Shown here: piece by piece, positions 1-8,303 of the stretch
Position numbering within the stretch: position 1 is the first letter of the stretch
Layout of the letters: each line of letters opens with the position of its first letter
Source: a virus
Taxonomy: Duplodnaviria; Heunggongvirae; Uroviricota; Caudoviricetes
Virus record (IMG/VR): IMGVR_UViG_3300050821_002507
Reading direction: 5' to 3' (one strand)
Length of the DNA: 17,913 bases
Made by a program: the position numbers and the translations under genes
Notes under the pieces: model-generated
Told to the model about the DNA's origin: nothing
What the model saw: only the letters and a program-made list of their open reading frames with translations
The model's database searches: none

Positions 1-47
1 TTCTCGCTTTTGCTTTTGTCGGCAGAATTTGCCATCGGGTGCGCCAT
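1..47 (-). CDS. 5' end of the next late-operon gene (partial; MAHPMANSADKSKSE...), product unknown
   Basis: ATG at 47, 4 nt after the portal stop codon, preceded by AGAGGT; the frame stays open to the window edge. Confidence 0.6.
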   Translation of the reverse strand, partial: MAHPMANSADKSKSE

Positions 48-51
48 GTAC

Positions 52-2499
52 TTACCTCTTTGAAACTCCAGCGGAAGGCTTGGGCTTTGCCTTTTCCAGC
101 GCTATAGCGTGTTCACGATCCAATTCGCCCTGATTCGCCTCGTGGGCGTGTCCAAGTGCGGTCGTCAATAGTTCATGGCGCCGATCATGTGCTTGCTGAT
201 TGGCGTCATGGGTGTGTCCCAGCCCCATTTTGATTGCATCGTGACGATTAGACAAGGCCTTCATCCTGAACTGGTGTACCCGATCAGCCTGCCGGTTCTG
301 TTGATCGGCCTGGAGTGCTTGGCCCTTCTGCTGGGAATCCGAATTATGAATGACCATTTCCCTCGCCAATCCAAGGTGTGCAACCTGCTCCTCGGACTGA
401 AGCTTCTGCGTCTGGTAGTCGAGAGTCTGTCCAGCCAGCGCAGTCTTGGCCTGTGCCTCAGTAGATTTTGTCTGGCTGTCCGCGAGTCTCGCCTGCGCCG
501 TCAGAAGATCGGCCTGCGCACTCATTGCCTCTGGGTTAGGCGGTACGGTTCCAGGTTCCGGCGGCGGCTTGAAGTATGATTCCGCGTCATCAACACCGAG
601 AACATGCATGGCGTGCAGATCGACCTTGTCTTGGTCGATGTTAGGATTACCCTGCTGAATCTGCTTCAAGGCAGAAGTTTTAAGATACCGCTCGGTCTGC
701 GAAGCCGTGTTAGGATCGGCCTTCGGAATCAACTCGCAGTCATTTAAGGCGGCAACGAACATCGCATTTCGTTTGTCGTCAGCTTGATCCTGCTGGACAA
801 CGATCGGACTCGACCCGATTGCATCAGTCAGAGCCTTCAGAACTTTGCTCTTTTTATTGTGCCTCCACAGCGCAGATGGATCCTCGGTAAGAAGCTCTTT
901 AAGCATTGAAAATTCCTGACCCTGAGCGGTATGAAGCCTCTTGTGCACTGCACTCATAAGCTTTGTGGCTTGCTCGATCAGGGCCAGGGTCGTTCCTACG
1001 GGGGCGTCTTGTTTACCTTCACCGATCTGGAGTTCGGCCGTACCACCGACCCTCTGGGCGGTAGTCGTAATGCTGTCGATAAGCTGAATGAAAACCGCCG
1101 ATGGATCCTTGTACGGCAGCGGCATAACCGAGGCGCGTATATCATTTCCTACGGTATCAATCGGCATTCCTCCCCCAGGGGGAATCCTGAACTGATTCGT
1201 CAATTGCTTTGCGAGCGACTTCAGATACAAGAATCCAGGGAAGTTCGCGAACATACCGGCGTCAATCATCAGACGCCAAGCAGCCGTTACTGCCTTTGTG
1301 GCATTTCCGAGAATGTTAAGGAGACCAATTCCATAGAAGCCCAATCCGGGAACGAAGATATACGCCACAATCCTGTTACGCGGCATACATAAATCGTCGT
1401 CTTCTCGCCAGTTACGGCGGATTTCAAGGATTTTTCGAGCCTCTTTGTCGATAGTAACCTTGTACGGGAGCGGGAGTCCTGTGAGCTTTCCCTTGTCATC
1501 TTCATGCTCGAATCCAGGCACCTCGATTTCGCAGTAGCACTCGTAAAGCTCTCTGTCCTGGTCAGAAGGCTCAATGTAACTTGGTGGCGCAATACCCTGC
1601 ACCTGATCGATCTTCTGGTCGATTGGATTCTTGAGCGCTGGCATCCCCTGTACTGGGAGATTCGTGTCTCGATAGGCGCCAAGCATCTGCATCCGCTTAA
1701 GGACGCTCGGCCGCATCATGATTCGGTGGGTTACTCGTCCGGCGCCGTCAATGTCAGTCGCAGCATTCGAGACGATTAGATCCTTGGCATCAATGGAAGC
1801 CAGGACAGGCCTTCGCTTAATCGGGCAGTGATACCCCTTCTTGAAGGCTATACCGGAGAATCCCAGCATAAGAAGGAGCCTATCCGTGTCGGGATAGTAT
1901 TCCTTCGCCACAGACGTAAGGTAGTGGTTTAGATCCTTCTCAAGAGCCATCGCCAGCGTCGTGGCGAGTTCGTCCCCCTGTCCATCATTCTTGACCTTGA
2001 CAGGACCATCGGCGGGGAGAAGTTCACCACGGGCATTGGCCTGGAACCTAAGGGTTGCCTCCAAGAGGAGAGGATGATCGACTGTCGAGACGCCCTCTGC
2101 TGGAGCCGCCCCGGTCGCAGCCGCGCCCCTTGGAGTCTTTATCTCCAGTCCAAGCAGCGAAATGCCGTTGCTCATGTTCTGGAGCCAAGCGCTTCGGCTT
2201 TGGTCGTCTTGCTCGATCCCGAGAAGGATACGCTCGGAAATCGTGCTTAACTCTGATTCGCTCAGAGACTCGGCTAGATTGTCCTCGAATTCGCTTTCCT
2301 TCCGCTCTGATTGCGGAGGCCCAACGGTAATCTGCACATCCCCGTCAGGGAGAGTAATCTGCGTGGTTCCAGTCGTCTCGTCGTACGACTGCGCAACGTC
2401 TCCGCCATCGGTGATGACCGTCACATCGCCAGTGTCAACCGGCGACGGAGTATCATGGACTCGGTAACTGTTGGGGCTCAACGGGTAGATATTGGACAC
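52..2499 (-). CDS. Phage portal protein (P22-like, long C-terminal helical tail)
   Basis: 815-aa ORF with GTG start and GAGG upstream. Motifs DTDRLLLMLGFSGIAFKKGY, PGLGFYGIGL, DAGMFANFPG and APVGTTLALIEQ resemble podovirus-like portals; it lies downstream of terL; Q/A-rich coiled C-terminus. Confidence 0.85.
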   Translation of the reverse strand: MSNIYPLSPNSYRVHDTPSPVDTGDVTVITDGGDVAQSYDETTGTTQITLPDGDVQITVGPPQSERKESEFEDNLAESLSESELSTISERILLGIEQDDQSRSAWLQNMSNGISLLGLEIKTPRGAAATGAAPAEGVSTVDHPLLLEATLRFQANARGELLPADGPVKVKNDGQGDELATTLAMALEKDLNHYLTSVAKEYYPDTDRLLLMLGFSGIAFKKGYHCPIKRRPVLASIDAKDLIVSNAATDIDGAGRVTHRIMMRPSVLKRMQMLGAYRDTNLPVQGMPALKNPIDQKIDQVQGIAPPSYIEPSDQDRELYECYCEIEVPGFEHEDDKGKLTGLPLPYKVTIDKEARKILEIRRNWREDDDLCMPRNRIVAYIFVPGLGFYGIGLLNILGNATKAVTAAWRLMIDAGMFANFPGFLYLKSLAKQLTNQFRIPPGGGMPIDTVGNDIRASVMPLPYKDPSAVFIQLIDSITTTAQRVGGTAELQIGEGKQDAPVGTTLALIEQATKLMSAVHKRLHTAQGQEFSMLKELLTEDPSALWRHNKKSKVLKALTDAIGSSPIVVQQDQADDKRNAMFVAALNDCELIPKADPNTASQTERYLKTSALKQIQQGNPNIDQDKVDLHAMHVLGVDDAESYFKPPPEPGTVPPNPEAMSAQADLLTAQARLADSQTKSTEAQAKTALAGQTLDYQTQKLQSEEQVAHLGLAREMVIHNSDSQQKGQALQADQQNRQADRVHQFRMKALSNRHDAIKMGLGHTHDANQQAHDRRHELLTTALGHAHEANQGELDREHAIALEKAKPKPSAGVSKR

Positions 2500-2504
2500 G
2501 TACG

Positions 2505-2747
2505 TTACGCTGCCTCAAACTTGTCTTGGTACCATTCTCCATATTGCCATAATGCATTGCGAAGGCCATTTATGGCTTCATGAAACGTTACATCACACTT
2601 TCTGTCACCATCAATGGCGAATCCGAGAGACCCGTTCTTATAGCGCCCGTGTACCACAGGTTTTCCATCATGTCTCTCAATCGTCAACTCAGGCCAGAAG
2701 TCATCCGGCATGGATGGAAACTTGTTGACCATCGCTTCTTGTGTCAT
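2505..2747 (-). CDS. Hypothetical protein (80 aa)
   Basis: ATGA overlap with the KTSC gene; stops 5 nt before the portal start. Confidence 0.7.
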   Translation of the reverse strand: MTQEAMVNKFPSMPDDFWPELTIERHDGKPVVHGRYKNGSLGFAIDGDRKCDVTFHEAINGLRNALWQYGEWYQDKFEAA

Positions 2748-2959
2748 TCTGGTACTTTCGAGTGAGCATGAGAGCCCTTAATGTGCAAATGCAAATGCTT
2801 CCCAATCGACGGCGCGGCCATTAGTGCTTGGTACTTCTGAGGCGGCACGCCTTTATAGCTATAGGTCCCACCATGCTTGAATTTTGCTTCGAGAACCTGA
2901 GATTCGGGGTCGTACGCGATGCTTTCGATATTTGAACTCGAAACCGGAATATGGTTCAT
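2744..2959 (-). CDS. KTSC-domain protein (71 aa)
   Basis: MNHIPVSSSNIESIAYDPESQVLEAKFKHGGTYSYKGVPPQKYQALMAAPSIGKHL matches the KTSC pattern (VxSSxIxxxGYD...LxVxF...YxYxxVP...L..A.S.G). Start moved to ATG 2959, which has AAGGA upstream and an ATGA overlap. Confidence 0.9.
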   Translation of the reverse strand: MNHIPVSSSNIESIAYDPESQVLEAKFKHGGTYSYKGVPPQKYQALMAAPSIGKHLHLHIKGSHAHSKVPE

Positions 2960-3150
2960 ATGACCGTCCTTAAGGAGACTTCCTCTCCCGGCGAAAGTTC
3001 TATGTAGCACACGCAGTCCTTTAAGGGAACACGTATTAAATGGTCGCCATTGTTACGAACTGTGCAATCATGCAAACCGTAGGTGCTCATGGCTTCGTCC
3101 CATCCTTCGCCGTGACCATCAAGATAGGCATCAACCAATGGATCAGCCAT
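2956..3150 (-). CDS. Hypothetical protein (64 aa)
   Basis: Overlaps both neighbours in a compact operon. Confidence 0.7.
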   Translation of the reverse strand: MADPLVDAYLDGHGEGWDEAMSTYGLHDCTVRNNGDHLIRVPLKDCVCYIELSPGEEVSLRTVI

Positions 3151-3418
3151 TCATAGTCGCCCGTATAATCGGAGACTGCGGAGCCTCCATGTCGTTCATG
3201 AGTCGCTTAGCCGCAGAGTGACAGCCAATGAACAAGTCGCCCCTCTGCATTCCGGCGTAGTTCATTCCGTACCCGCCAGAGGGAGGGGCGGCGATAATCG
3301 CCAGAGACGTTATTTGTCCAGCCCTAGCGGAGGCAAGGAAACTCTCTAGCAATTGCACGACCGGATTCGCCAATGCAATCTGCGGGATCGGGGAGACTGA
3401 TCCGTTCATCTCTGTCAT
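3143..3418 (-). CDS. Hypothetical phage protein (91 aa)
   Basis: ATGA-coupled; the segment VVQLLESFLASARAGQITSLAII resembles small proteins I recall from alphaproteobacterial phages (not searched). Confidence 0.75.
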   Translation of the reverse strand: MTEMNGSVSPIPQIALANPVVQLLESFLASARAGQITSLAIIAAPPSGGYGMNYAGMQRGDLFIGCHSAAKRLMNDMEAPQSPIIRATMNG

Positions 3419-3606
3419 CCTATGGACATGAATAGATCTACCAAAAACACCAGAACACCTGCTATAACCATGATTCCTCCGCCGACAATCAGGCCAATTT
3501 CAAAAATGAACCAACCGTCGTCGAAACTCGCTCTTGGATCCATGTTGAATCCACAAAATATGCTAGAAAAACCGCCAACGACCAATGTTAGTGCTATCCA
3601 CTTCAT
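3415..3606 (-). CDS. Small membrane protein with two predicted TM segments (63 aa)
   Basis: Two hydrophobic stretches, WIALTLVVGGFSSIFCGF and WFIFEIGLIVGGGIMVIAGVLVFLVDLF. Confidence 0.75.
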   Translation of the reverse strand: MKWIALTLVVGGFSSIFCGFNMDPRASFDDGWFIFEIGLIVGGGIMVIAGVLVFLVDLFMSIG

Positions 3607-3615
3607 GATGATTCC

Positions 3616-3807
3616 CTATTCTGCGACAGTGGCATTTTCCACGTCCTCAACTCGATTCGACGACATGATGGCAGACTTCGGGAACACGTTCAGCACACCA
3701 GGAACCTTGTATGCCTCGGTCTCCGCCTCCAGTGCGCTGTGCGCCTTAACCTCTACCCAGTCCTCGATCTTGCGATAGACCCGCACACGGTAGATGCGGG
3801 GTCTCAT
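3616..3807 (-). CDS. Hypothetical protein (63 aa)
   Basis: ATGA overlap with the upstream gene; co-oriented with the operon. Confidence 0.7.
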   Translation of the reverse strand: MRPRIYRVRVYRKIEDWVEVKAHSALEAETEAYKVPGVLNVFPKSAIMSSNRVEDVENATVAE

Positions 3808-4301
3808 ATTGGGTATGCACGTTCCCAGTCAGTGGCGGCCATGTCTTCGGCACTCGGAGTGTAACCGCCGCCAGCGGATGATTCTCTTTTGCCACATACC
3901 GGCACCCAGTCATCTGGGTCACAATCGGTGCCACTTCCTCCGCCATTCCATCCTATGGTTTGGCTATATAGAAGACTACCGTCTACCATACGGTATGGGG
4001 GATAATCTCCACGAACACACCAAACCATGCGATAGGTCTCGCCTACCACAGAAGTGGCGCCTTCGCCTGCCGGTAGTACCGTCCCAGACTTGACGGTCGC
4101 GACGGGCCAGCACTTCCGCCGCACATACCGAGACCTACTTGCAGGCGGCCATGGCGCCTTCATCTGCTCTATCGCCCATGCCCAATCACGCCCAGGTGAA
4201 TCAAACACTGCCTGAGGAACCACTTCAATACCAAGTTTCTCGTCCCGAGACCTGTCATCGACAACCTTCGTGGCATCAACAGGCTTCCGCCACCAAAACA
4301 T
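3804..4301 (-). CDS. DUF2829 / Tad2-like protein (candidate anti-Thoeris signal sponge) with insertions
   Basis: N-terminal DWAWAIEQMKA...YVRRKCW and C-terminal YTPSAEDMAATDWE match the two conserved DUF2829 blocks (FxxAxxxxKxGxxVxRxGW and WxPSxxDxxAxDW). TAATG overlap with terL. Confidence 0.65.
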   Translation of the reverse strand: MFWWRKPVDATKVVDDRSRDEKLGIEVVPQAVFDSPGRDWAWAIEQMKAPWPPASRSRYVRRKCWPVATVKSGTVLPAGEGATSVVGETYRMVWCVRGDYPPYRMVDGSLLYSQTIGWNGGGSGTDCDPDDWVPVCGKRESSAGGGYTPSAEDMAATDWERAYPI

Positions 4302-5998
4302 TAATGCAGCACCCCATACGACTCCGCCACACTCACTTGCTGACGGTAATTCGACATCTCGTCATCCATCGCGGCGGACATCTCGTCGCCACGCATGATA
4401 AGACCGGCTTCGCGAAGCCATGAGATTGCCATGCTGGCGGTATCGACCAGATCGTCATGGTCGGCTTTTGGGAACGATTGGCACTGAATCAGTACCATTT
4501 CCGCCCACCTTGTGTCCGGCGCCCAAATTGTTCCATCCGCGAACAGCGGCTCTACGGACCACGCCCTAGACACCTTGTCACCGATTGGATCGATTAGTTC
4601 CACACCCCAATTCTCTCTTGCATATAGACGATTGATTTCTTGCGCAACGTCACGACCACGAGTCTTGTTTTCGATTAGAAGCCTCTGCACCTTATACTTC
4701 TTGCAGGTATTTGCCACCCACTCCACAAGCCCCCAACTCTTCTGCTTTCGTTCCTCAAAATTAACTTTGGCCTCGCCTTGAATGTATTCAACTGGAGTAC
4801 CGTGTAACGGAAGTCTCTTATTCCAAGCAAACATCAACATGAGGCGCCGATTTTTGGCTTTGTCAATCCAGATACCCCACACAGTCAGAGCGTTATAGTC
4901 GTTTTCCTGCTTCTCTCCGTATGACGTGTCTACGCTAGCTAGGATCAATTCCATGTGAGGAAACTCTTTCCTCTCTGAATTCCAGACTAGGCCATATCTC
5001 TCTGCTTCCTCGTGATCCCACAATCTCCAATATTCTCGCTTGAGAATTCCGCCGCCCTTCGGCGTTGGGCACTGCTGTAAACGACCGCTTGACATATACG
5101 GGCCAAGGGCTTCTTCAAGCTTCTCAACCTCTCGCTCCCCGAAGCGCTCGGGCCACATAAGCTCGCCATCAAATGTGCGAGGATCTTCCCATGGTTCGTC
5201 GTTGTCGTACTGAGGAAGCCTTACGGTTACGCAATGACGCATTTCGTCGTGGCGCATCGGAAGCATCAAGTGTGTCCAGCGCTCATCACTATCAAGAATA
5301 ACTCCAGACAGATCGCCCTCATGAAGGCGCTGCATCACAACTACAATCGAGCTTAGCTTTGGATCATTCAAACGAGTCGAGTGAAGTTCCTTCCACCAAT
5401 TCTTTACGCGGTCTCTGTCGGATTCTGTTTCGACGGCCTCTGTGTTGTGCGGATCATCTATTACAAGAATATCTCCTCCGATACCGAGTAATGTTCCGCC
5501 CACTGACGTTGCAATTCTCGACCCGCCAGCAGTCGTATCAAATTGTTGTTTGGAGTTTTGGTCCCATCTAAGGATAACCTTTTCACCCCATTTATTCTGA
5601 TACCATGGGCTTTGAATCAAGCGTCTGTTCTTGTTTGAGTTCTGAAGCGCGAGATCGTGATTATAACTACCACACAGAAACCTGACCTGTGGGCCACTCC
5701 AGTATGAAATCTCCGACCTTGCCCAAGTCCATGCCGGCCACGAGATTGAGGCGATATTGGTTTTGCCCGTGCGTGGCGAAATATTTATCAGCAAACGCGG
5801 GATATGACCGAGAGTGACTCCCTCTAAATGATCGCAAAGGGCATCGACGGACCAAGTTTTTTTGTACTCTGAACTGTCAATAGTTGACCATGCGCCACGC
5901 ACAAAACTGCTAAGACTATCTTCGTATCTCTCTTGCTCAACTCTCTTGGTTAGCTCGGCAATCTTTCCTTTGAGCGCAAGCAGTCCTTCTTGGTTCAA
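4301..5998 (-). CDS. terL: Terminase large subunit
   Basis: 565 aa, TTG start. Walker A LLINISPRTGKT, Walker B ILVIDDPHN, VVVMQRLHEGDL, and nuclease acidic residues in SVDTSYGEKQENDYNA and HDDLVDT. Confidence 0.95.
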   Translation of the reverse strand: MNQEGLLALKGKIAELTKRVEQERYEDSLSSFVRGAWSTIDSSEYKKTWSVDALCDHLEGVTLGHIPRLLINISPRTGKTNIASISWPAWTWARSEISYWSGPQVRFLCGSYNHDLALQNSNKNRRLIQSPWYQNKWGEKVILRWDQNSKQQFDTTAGGSRIATSVGGTLLGIGGDILVIDDPHNTEAVETESDRDRVKNWWKELHSTRLNDPKLSSIVVVMQRLHEGDLSGVILDSDERWTHLMLPMRHDEMRHCVTVRLPQYDNDEPWEDPRTFDGELMWPERFGEREVEKLEEALGPYMSSGRLQQCPTPKGGGILKREYWRLWDHEEAERYGLVWNSERKEFPHMELILASVDTSYGEKQENDYNALTVWGIWIDKAKNRRLMLMFAWNKRLPLHGTPVEYIQGEAKVNFEERKQKSWGLVEWVANTCKKYKVQRLLIENKTRGRDVAQEINRLYARENWGVELIDPIGDKVSRAWSVEPLFADGTIWAPDTRWAEMVLIQCQSFPKADHDDLVDTASMAISWLREAGLIMRGDEMSAAMDDEMSNYRQQVSVAESYGVLH

Positions 5999-6288
5999 GG
6001 CGCGTCTTTTTCCTTCGCCGCCTTCTCAAGCACCTCGATACGCTCCCTAAGCAACGCGAGATAATCGGCCTTGTTTGGCTCACACGGACAACCAAGTTTG
6101 TCTTCCAACTCCTTGACGCGGCGGAGAAGGTCAAGAAACTCGTATATCCGATCCACTGTCCACGGATGTATCTGCGATAGCGGGATGGCCGGCGGAGGAA
6201 CTGATGGCGGCCACACAGGTATCTCCTGCGGTCGCCACGGCGGATTGTGCTGAAACTGCCAATCAGCAATCATGCAATAGGTGCACAT
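5995..6288 (-). CDS. Hypothetical phage protein (97 aa; Pro-rich middle, coiled C-terminus)
   Basis: ATG 6288 follows the upstream stop with a GAGAG RBS; its stop overlaps the terL TTG start. Confidence 0.75.
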   Translation of the reverse strand: MCTYCMIADWQFQHNPPWRPQEIPVWPPSVPPPAIPLSQIHPWTVDRIYEFLDLLRRVKELEDKLGCPCEPNKADYLALLRERIEVLEKAAKEKDAP

Positions 6289-6298
6289 TATTGCGCTC

Positions 6299-6496
6299 TC
6301 ACTTCGGAACCGGTTGTTCCGAATACGCCGAGTCTGCTTCATCGGCCCAAGGACTTACCGTTCCGTCCGGATGGATCTTAACCGGCTTATTATCCTCTTT
6401 CAGGATCGCCTCCAACTCGTCAATCGTCATTGTCTTGCCGGTGGAGCGCTTCTTGATGTCCGCGAAAGACTCGCCCTGCGTCACGGCACCGGCCAT
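6299..6496 (-). CDS. Hypothetical protein (65 aa)
   Basis: GAGG upstream; fits the operon tiling. Confidence 0.65.
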   Translation of the reverse strand: MAGAVTQGESFADIKKRSTGKTMTIDELEAILKEDNKPVKIHPDGTVSPWADEADSAYSEQPVPK

Positions 6497-6508
6497 GCCT
6501 CTGAGGAA

Positions 6509-6688
6509 CTATATCTCTGCAATGGCGCGCTCCAACAGTTCCAGCGACACCGTTCGGACCAATACGTTTACGTTGCTGTCGGCGGTGTCCGTCAAGGTCT
6601 CTCCTGTCCCAGCATGGCGCAGACCGTTTTCAATGGCGTGGCGCAATTCCCCAACGATGTCCCCGCCGGTATCAACGCGAATTGCCAT
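6509..6688 (-). CDS. Hypothetical protein (59 aa, MAIRVDTGG...)
   Basis: ATG at 6688 overlaps the TGA of the upstream small membrane ORF (TGATG). Confidence 0.65.
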   Translation of the reverse strand: MAIRVDTGGDIVGELRHAIENGLRHAGTGETLTDTADSNVNVLVRTVSLELLERAIAEI

Positions 6689-6843
6689 CAGGTCTCTCCC
6701 ATTGCGTATGCGATAATTCCAACTATGACCGGGAACGCAATCGGCCAAAACGATGTCCCGACACCGCGATTATATCGCGCCCACAGTGGGATCGATACGG
6801 CATACAGGATCAGCGTAAGCAGAAGAGGCCGACCGTCAATCAC
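6688..6843 (-). CDS. Small two-TM membrane protein (51 aa, MIDGRPLLLTLILYAVSIPLW...FPVIVGIIAYAMGET)
   Basis: 3' part of track ORF 6688..7113; the GTG at 6843 overlaps the upstream TGA (GTGA); two hydrophobic stretches. Confidence 0.7.
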   Translation of the reverse strand: MIDGRPLLLTLILYAVSIPLWARYNRGVGTSFWPIAFPVIVGIIAYAMGET

Positions 6844-7313
6844 GCAGCTAGTTTCCTCAGCTTGTCCCGCCCACGCTTGGTCGTCCTCAGCGCAAATCCT
6901 TGATCCGGCTTTATCTCCGGTCTGTCGGATCCAGCCCAGACAACGCCCTTCACTACTTGACCGATCTCGATCATGCCCTTGCACATGAGACGATCTATTG
7001 CGGGGTTCGCTCGCCGCCATGTTGGCGTTATCGTCGTGAAAAGGCTCTCGTCTTCGTCGGCAAGAAGCGCCGACAAATGCTCTATCTCGTCCTTGTCGAG
7101 TTCGCCGTCCCACGGCACGACGGTATCAGCCATCCCACGAGTCGCATCCCGCATGGCCGCAGCAAGACGGTTGTGCGCCTCGGTGAAATTCAGGTGCGGT
7201 TGTACGAACGGATCGCTCTTGCGCGCCTGTAGTGCGCCCTCGATGGTCTTGAGTGCGCCTGTGGTGAAGACCAATGTTTCGAGGTCCGCGAGATCAACGG
7301 TGACATCAGTCAT
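6840..7313 (-). CDS. Hypothetical protein (157 aa), possible C-terminal winged helix
   Basis: IDRLMCKGMIEI...ALRTTKRGRDKL resembles the wHTH LxxxGxI...xTxxG pattern. Confidence 0.7.
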   Translation of the reverse strand: MTDVTVDLADLETLVFTTGALKTIEGALQARKSDPFVQPHLNFTEAHNRLAAAMRDATRGMADTVVPWDGELDKDEIEHLSALLADEDESLFTTITPTWRRANPAIDRLMCKGMIEIGQVVKGVVWAGSDRPEIKPDQGFALRTTKRGRDKLRKLAA

Positions 7314-7491
7314 TGGAGCGATCCCGCTTATTTTCGCGAACCGGCGGCCTACCGAAGTAGTTCATCTTCACGCCCGGCCACACGGAGCCACGAAACTCGT
7401 TGCGGCGAGCGGCGCGGTATGTCCACGCAGGACGCGGCTGGCCTTTGACGGGAGTGTATACGTATGTAACTTCGGTGGTTGATGTGGTCAT
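7306..7491 (-). CDS. Hypothetical basic protein (61 aa)
   Basis: ATGA-coupled to the upstream ORF; overlaps the downstream ORF by 8 nt. Confidence 0.6.
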   Translation of the reverse strand: MTTSTTEVTYVYTPVKGQPRPAWTYRAARRNEFRGSVWPGVKMNYFGRPPVRENKRDRSND

Positions 7492-7667
7492 TTCTTGCGG
7501 TACTCGACGGTGCCGATGGCCTCGCCAGTCTCCGTCAACTCATAGACGCCGACTTTGGTCTTCTCGCCAAGATCGGCCAGATCCGTCAAGTCCTCAGTCG
7601 CAATGAAGTAGTGCGAGGTACCGTCCGGCTCGATTTTCACATAGAGCGTCTGCGGGAATTTCTTCAT
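7488..7667 (-). CDS. Hypothetical protein (59 aa, MKKFPQTLYVKIEPDGTSHYFIATEDL...VEYRKK); absent from the ORF track
   Basis: Translated by hand; GGA upstream; ATGA overlap with 7306..7491; fills the gap exactly. Confidence 0.75.
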   Translation of the reverse strand: MKKFPQTLYVKIEPDGTSHYFIATEDLTDLADLGEKTKVGVYELTETGEAIGTVEYRKK

Positions 7668-7689
7668 GGCATTGAATCCTTATGTTGTA

Positions 7690-7923
7690 TCAGGGGATGA
7701 TTTTTATATTCACGGCTTGCGGCGCCTTCCCCTCGACCGGCTCCAGATCGAACGATAGCTTCGTGCCGGCGGGAGGGGCCTCGGTGAAACCTGACTTCTT
7801 CAGAGGATTGATGTGGACAAACGTGTCAACTTTGCCCTCACGCGAAATAAATCCGAATCCTTTATCTTGAATGAAAAATTTGAGGACTCCGGTATCAGAC
7901 GGTAGCTTCTCAGTCTCGCTCAT
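7690..7923 (-). CDS. csp: Cold-shock domain protein (CspA family)
   Basis: GVLKFFIQDKGFGFI (RNP1), DTFVHINPL (RNP2), LSFDLEPVEGKAPQAVNI. The start could alternatively be the GTG at 8016. Confidence 0.9.
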   Translation of the reverse strand: MSETEKLPSDTGVLKFFIQDKGFGFISREGKVDTFVHINPLKKSGFTEAPPAGTKLSFDLEPVEGKAPQAVNIKIIP

Positions 7924-8016
7924 GCTCTGCTCTGTTGGTGGTGGGATTTCATAGTCCGAAAAGAATTGCTGCGGCACGGTTCGAGTCGCGCGCTTGTCCA
8001 CTGAACTCCAGCGCAC

Positions 8017-8214
8017 TCAATTGACCGGGACAATGGTTGTGCCGCCGTAAAACTGTAGGGTGCTGCTAGTGCCGTACGGTGGAGGCGCCTCGACGCACTT
8101 GCCGGCGATCTTCTGCTTCTCCAGCATCGCCCTCCGCCCCTCGCACTTTTCCTGCGAATCAAACCCTGCGGTCACAAGCGATCCGGCGACGATGCCGATA
8201 TAAATCCACGTCAT
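8017..8214 (-). CDS. Hypothetical protein with hydrophobic N-terminus (65 aa)
   Basis: GAGGA RBS; first gene of the leftward operon. Confidence 0.7.
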   Translation of the reverse strand: MTWIYIGIVAGSLVTAGFDSQEKCEGRRAMLEKQKIAGKCVEAPPPYGTSSTLQFYGGTTIVPVN

Positions 8215-8303
8215 GCAATCCTCTCTTGATATGGAACAATGACTATGTTAATCACATTGTGCCTTTTTTACCCCGAAGTCAACCCCCTTGCCAGGAAGAC
8301 CAT

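Noticed and set aside
2503-2509. CGTTACG just upstream of the portal start, matching the 13890 array
   Set aside because: A single 7-mer overlapping a stop codon; expected by chance.
175-2765. Plus-strand ORFs of 60-153 aa opposite the portal
   Set aside because: Antisense shadows of a long coding frame; no RBS or recognisable motifs.
4301-5998. Intein or intron in terL
   Set aside because: Length is ordinary, the ATPase and nuclease motifs are continuous, and there is no intein or LAGLIDADG signature.
6204-7482. Long plus-strand ORFs (170, 235 and 169 aa)
   Set aside because: The minus strand is tiled by coupled ORFs with overlapping start/stop codons; the plus-strand translations look non-protein-like.
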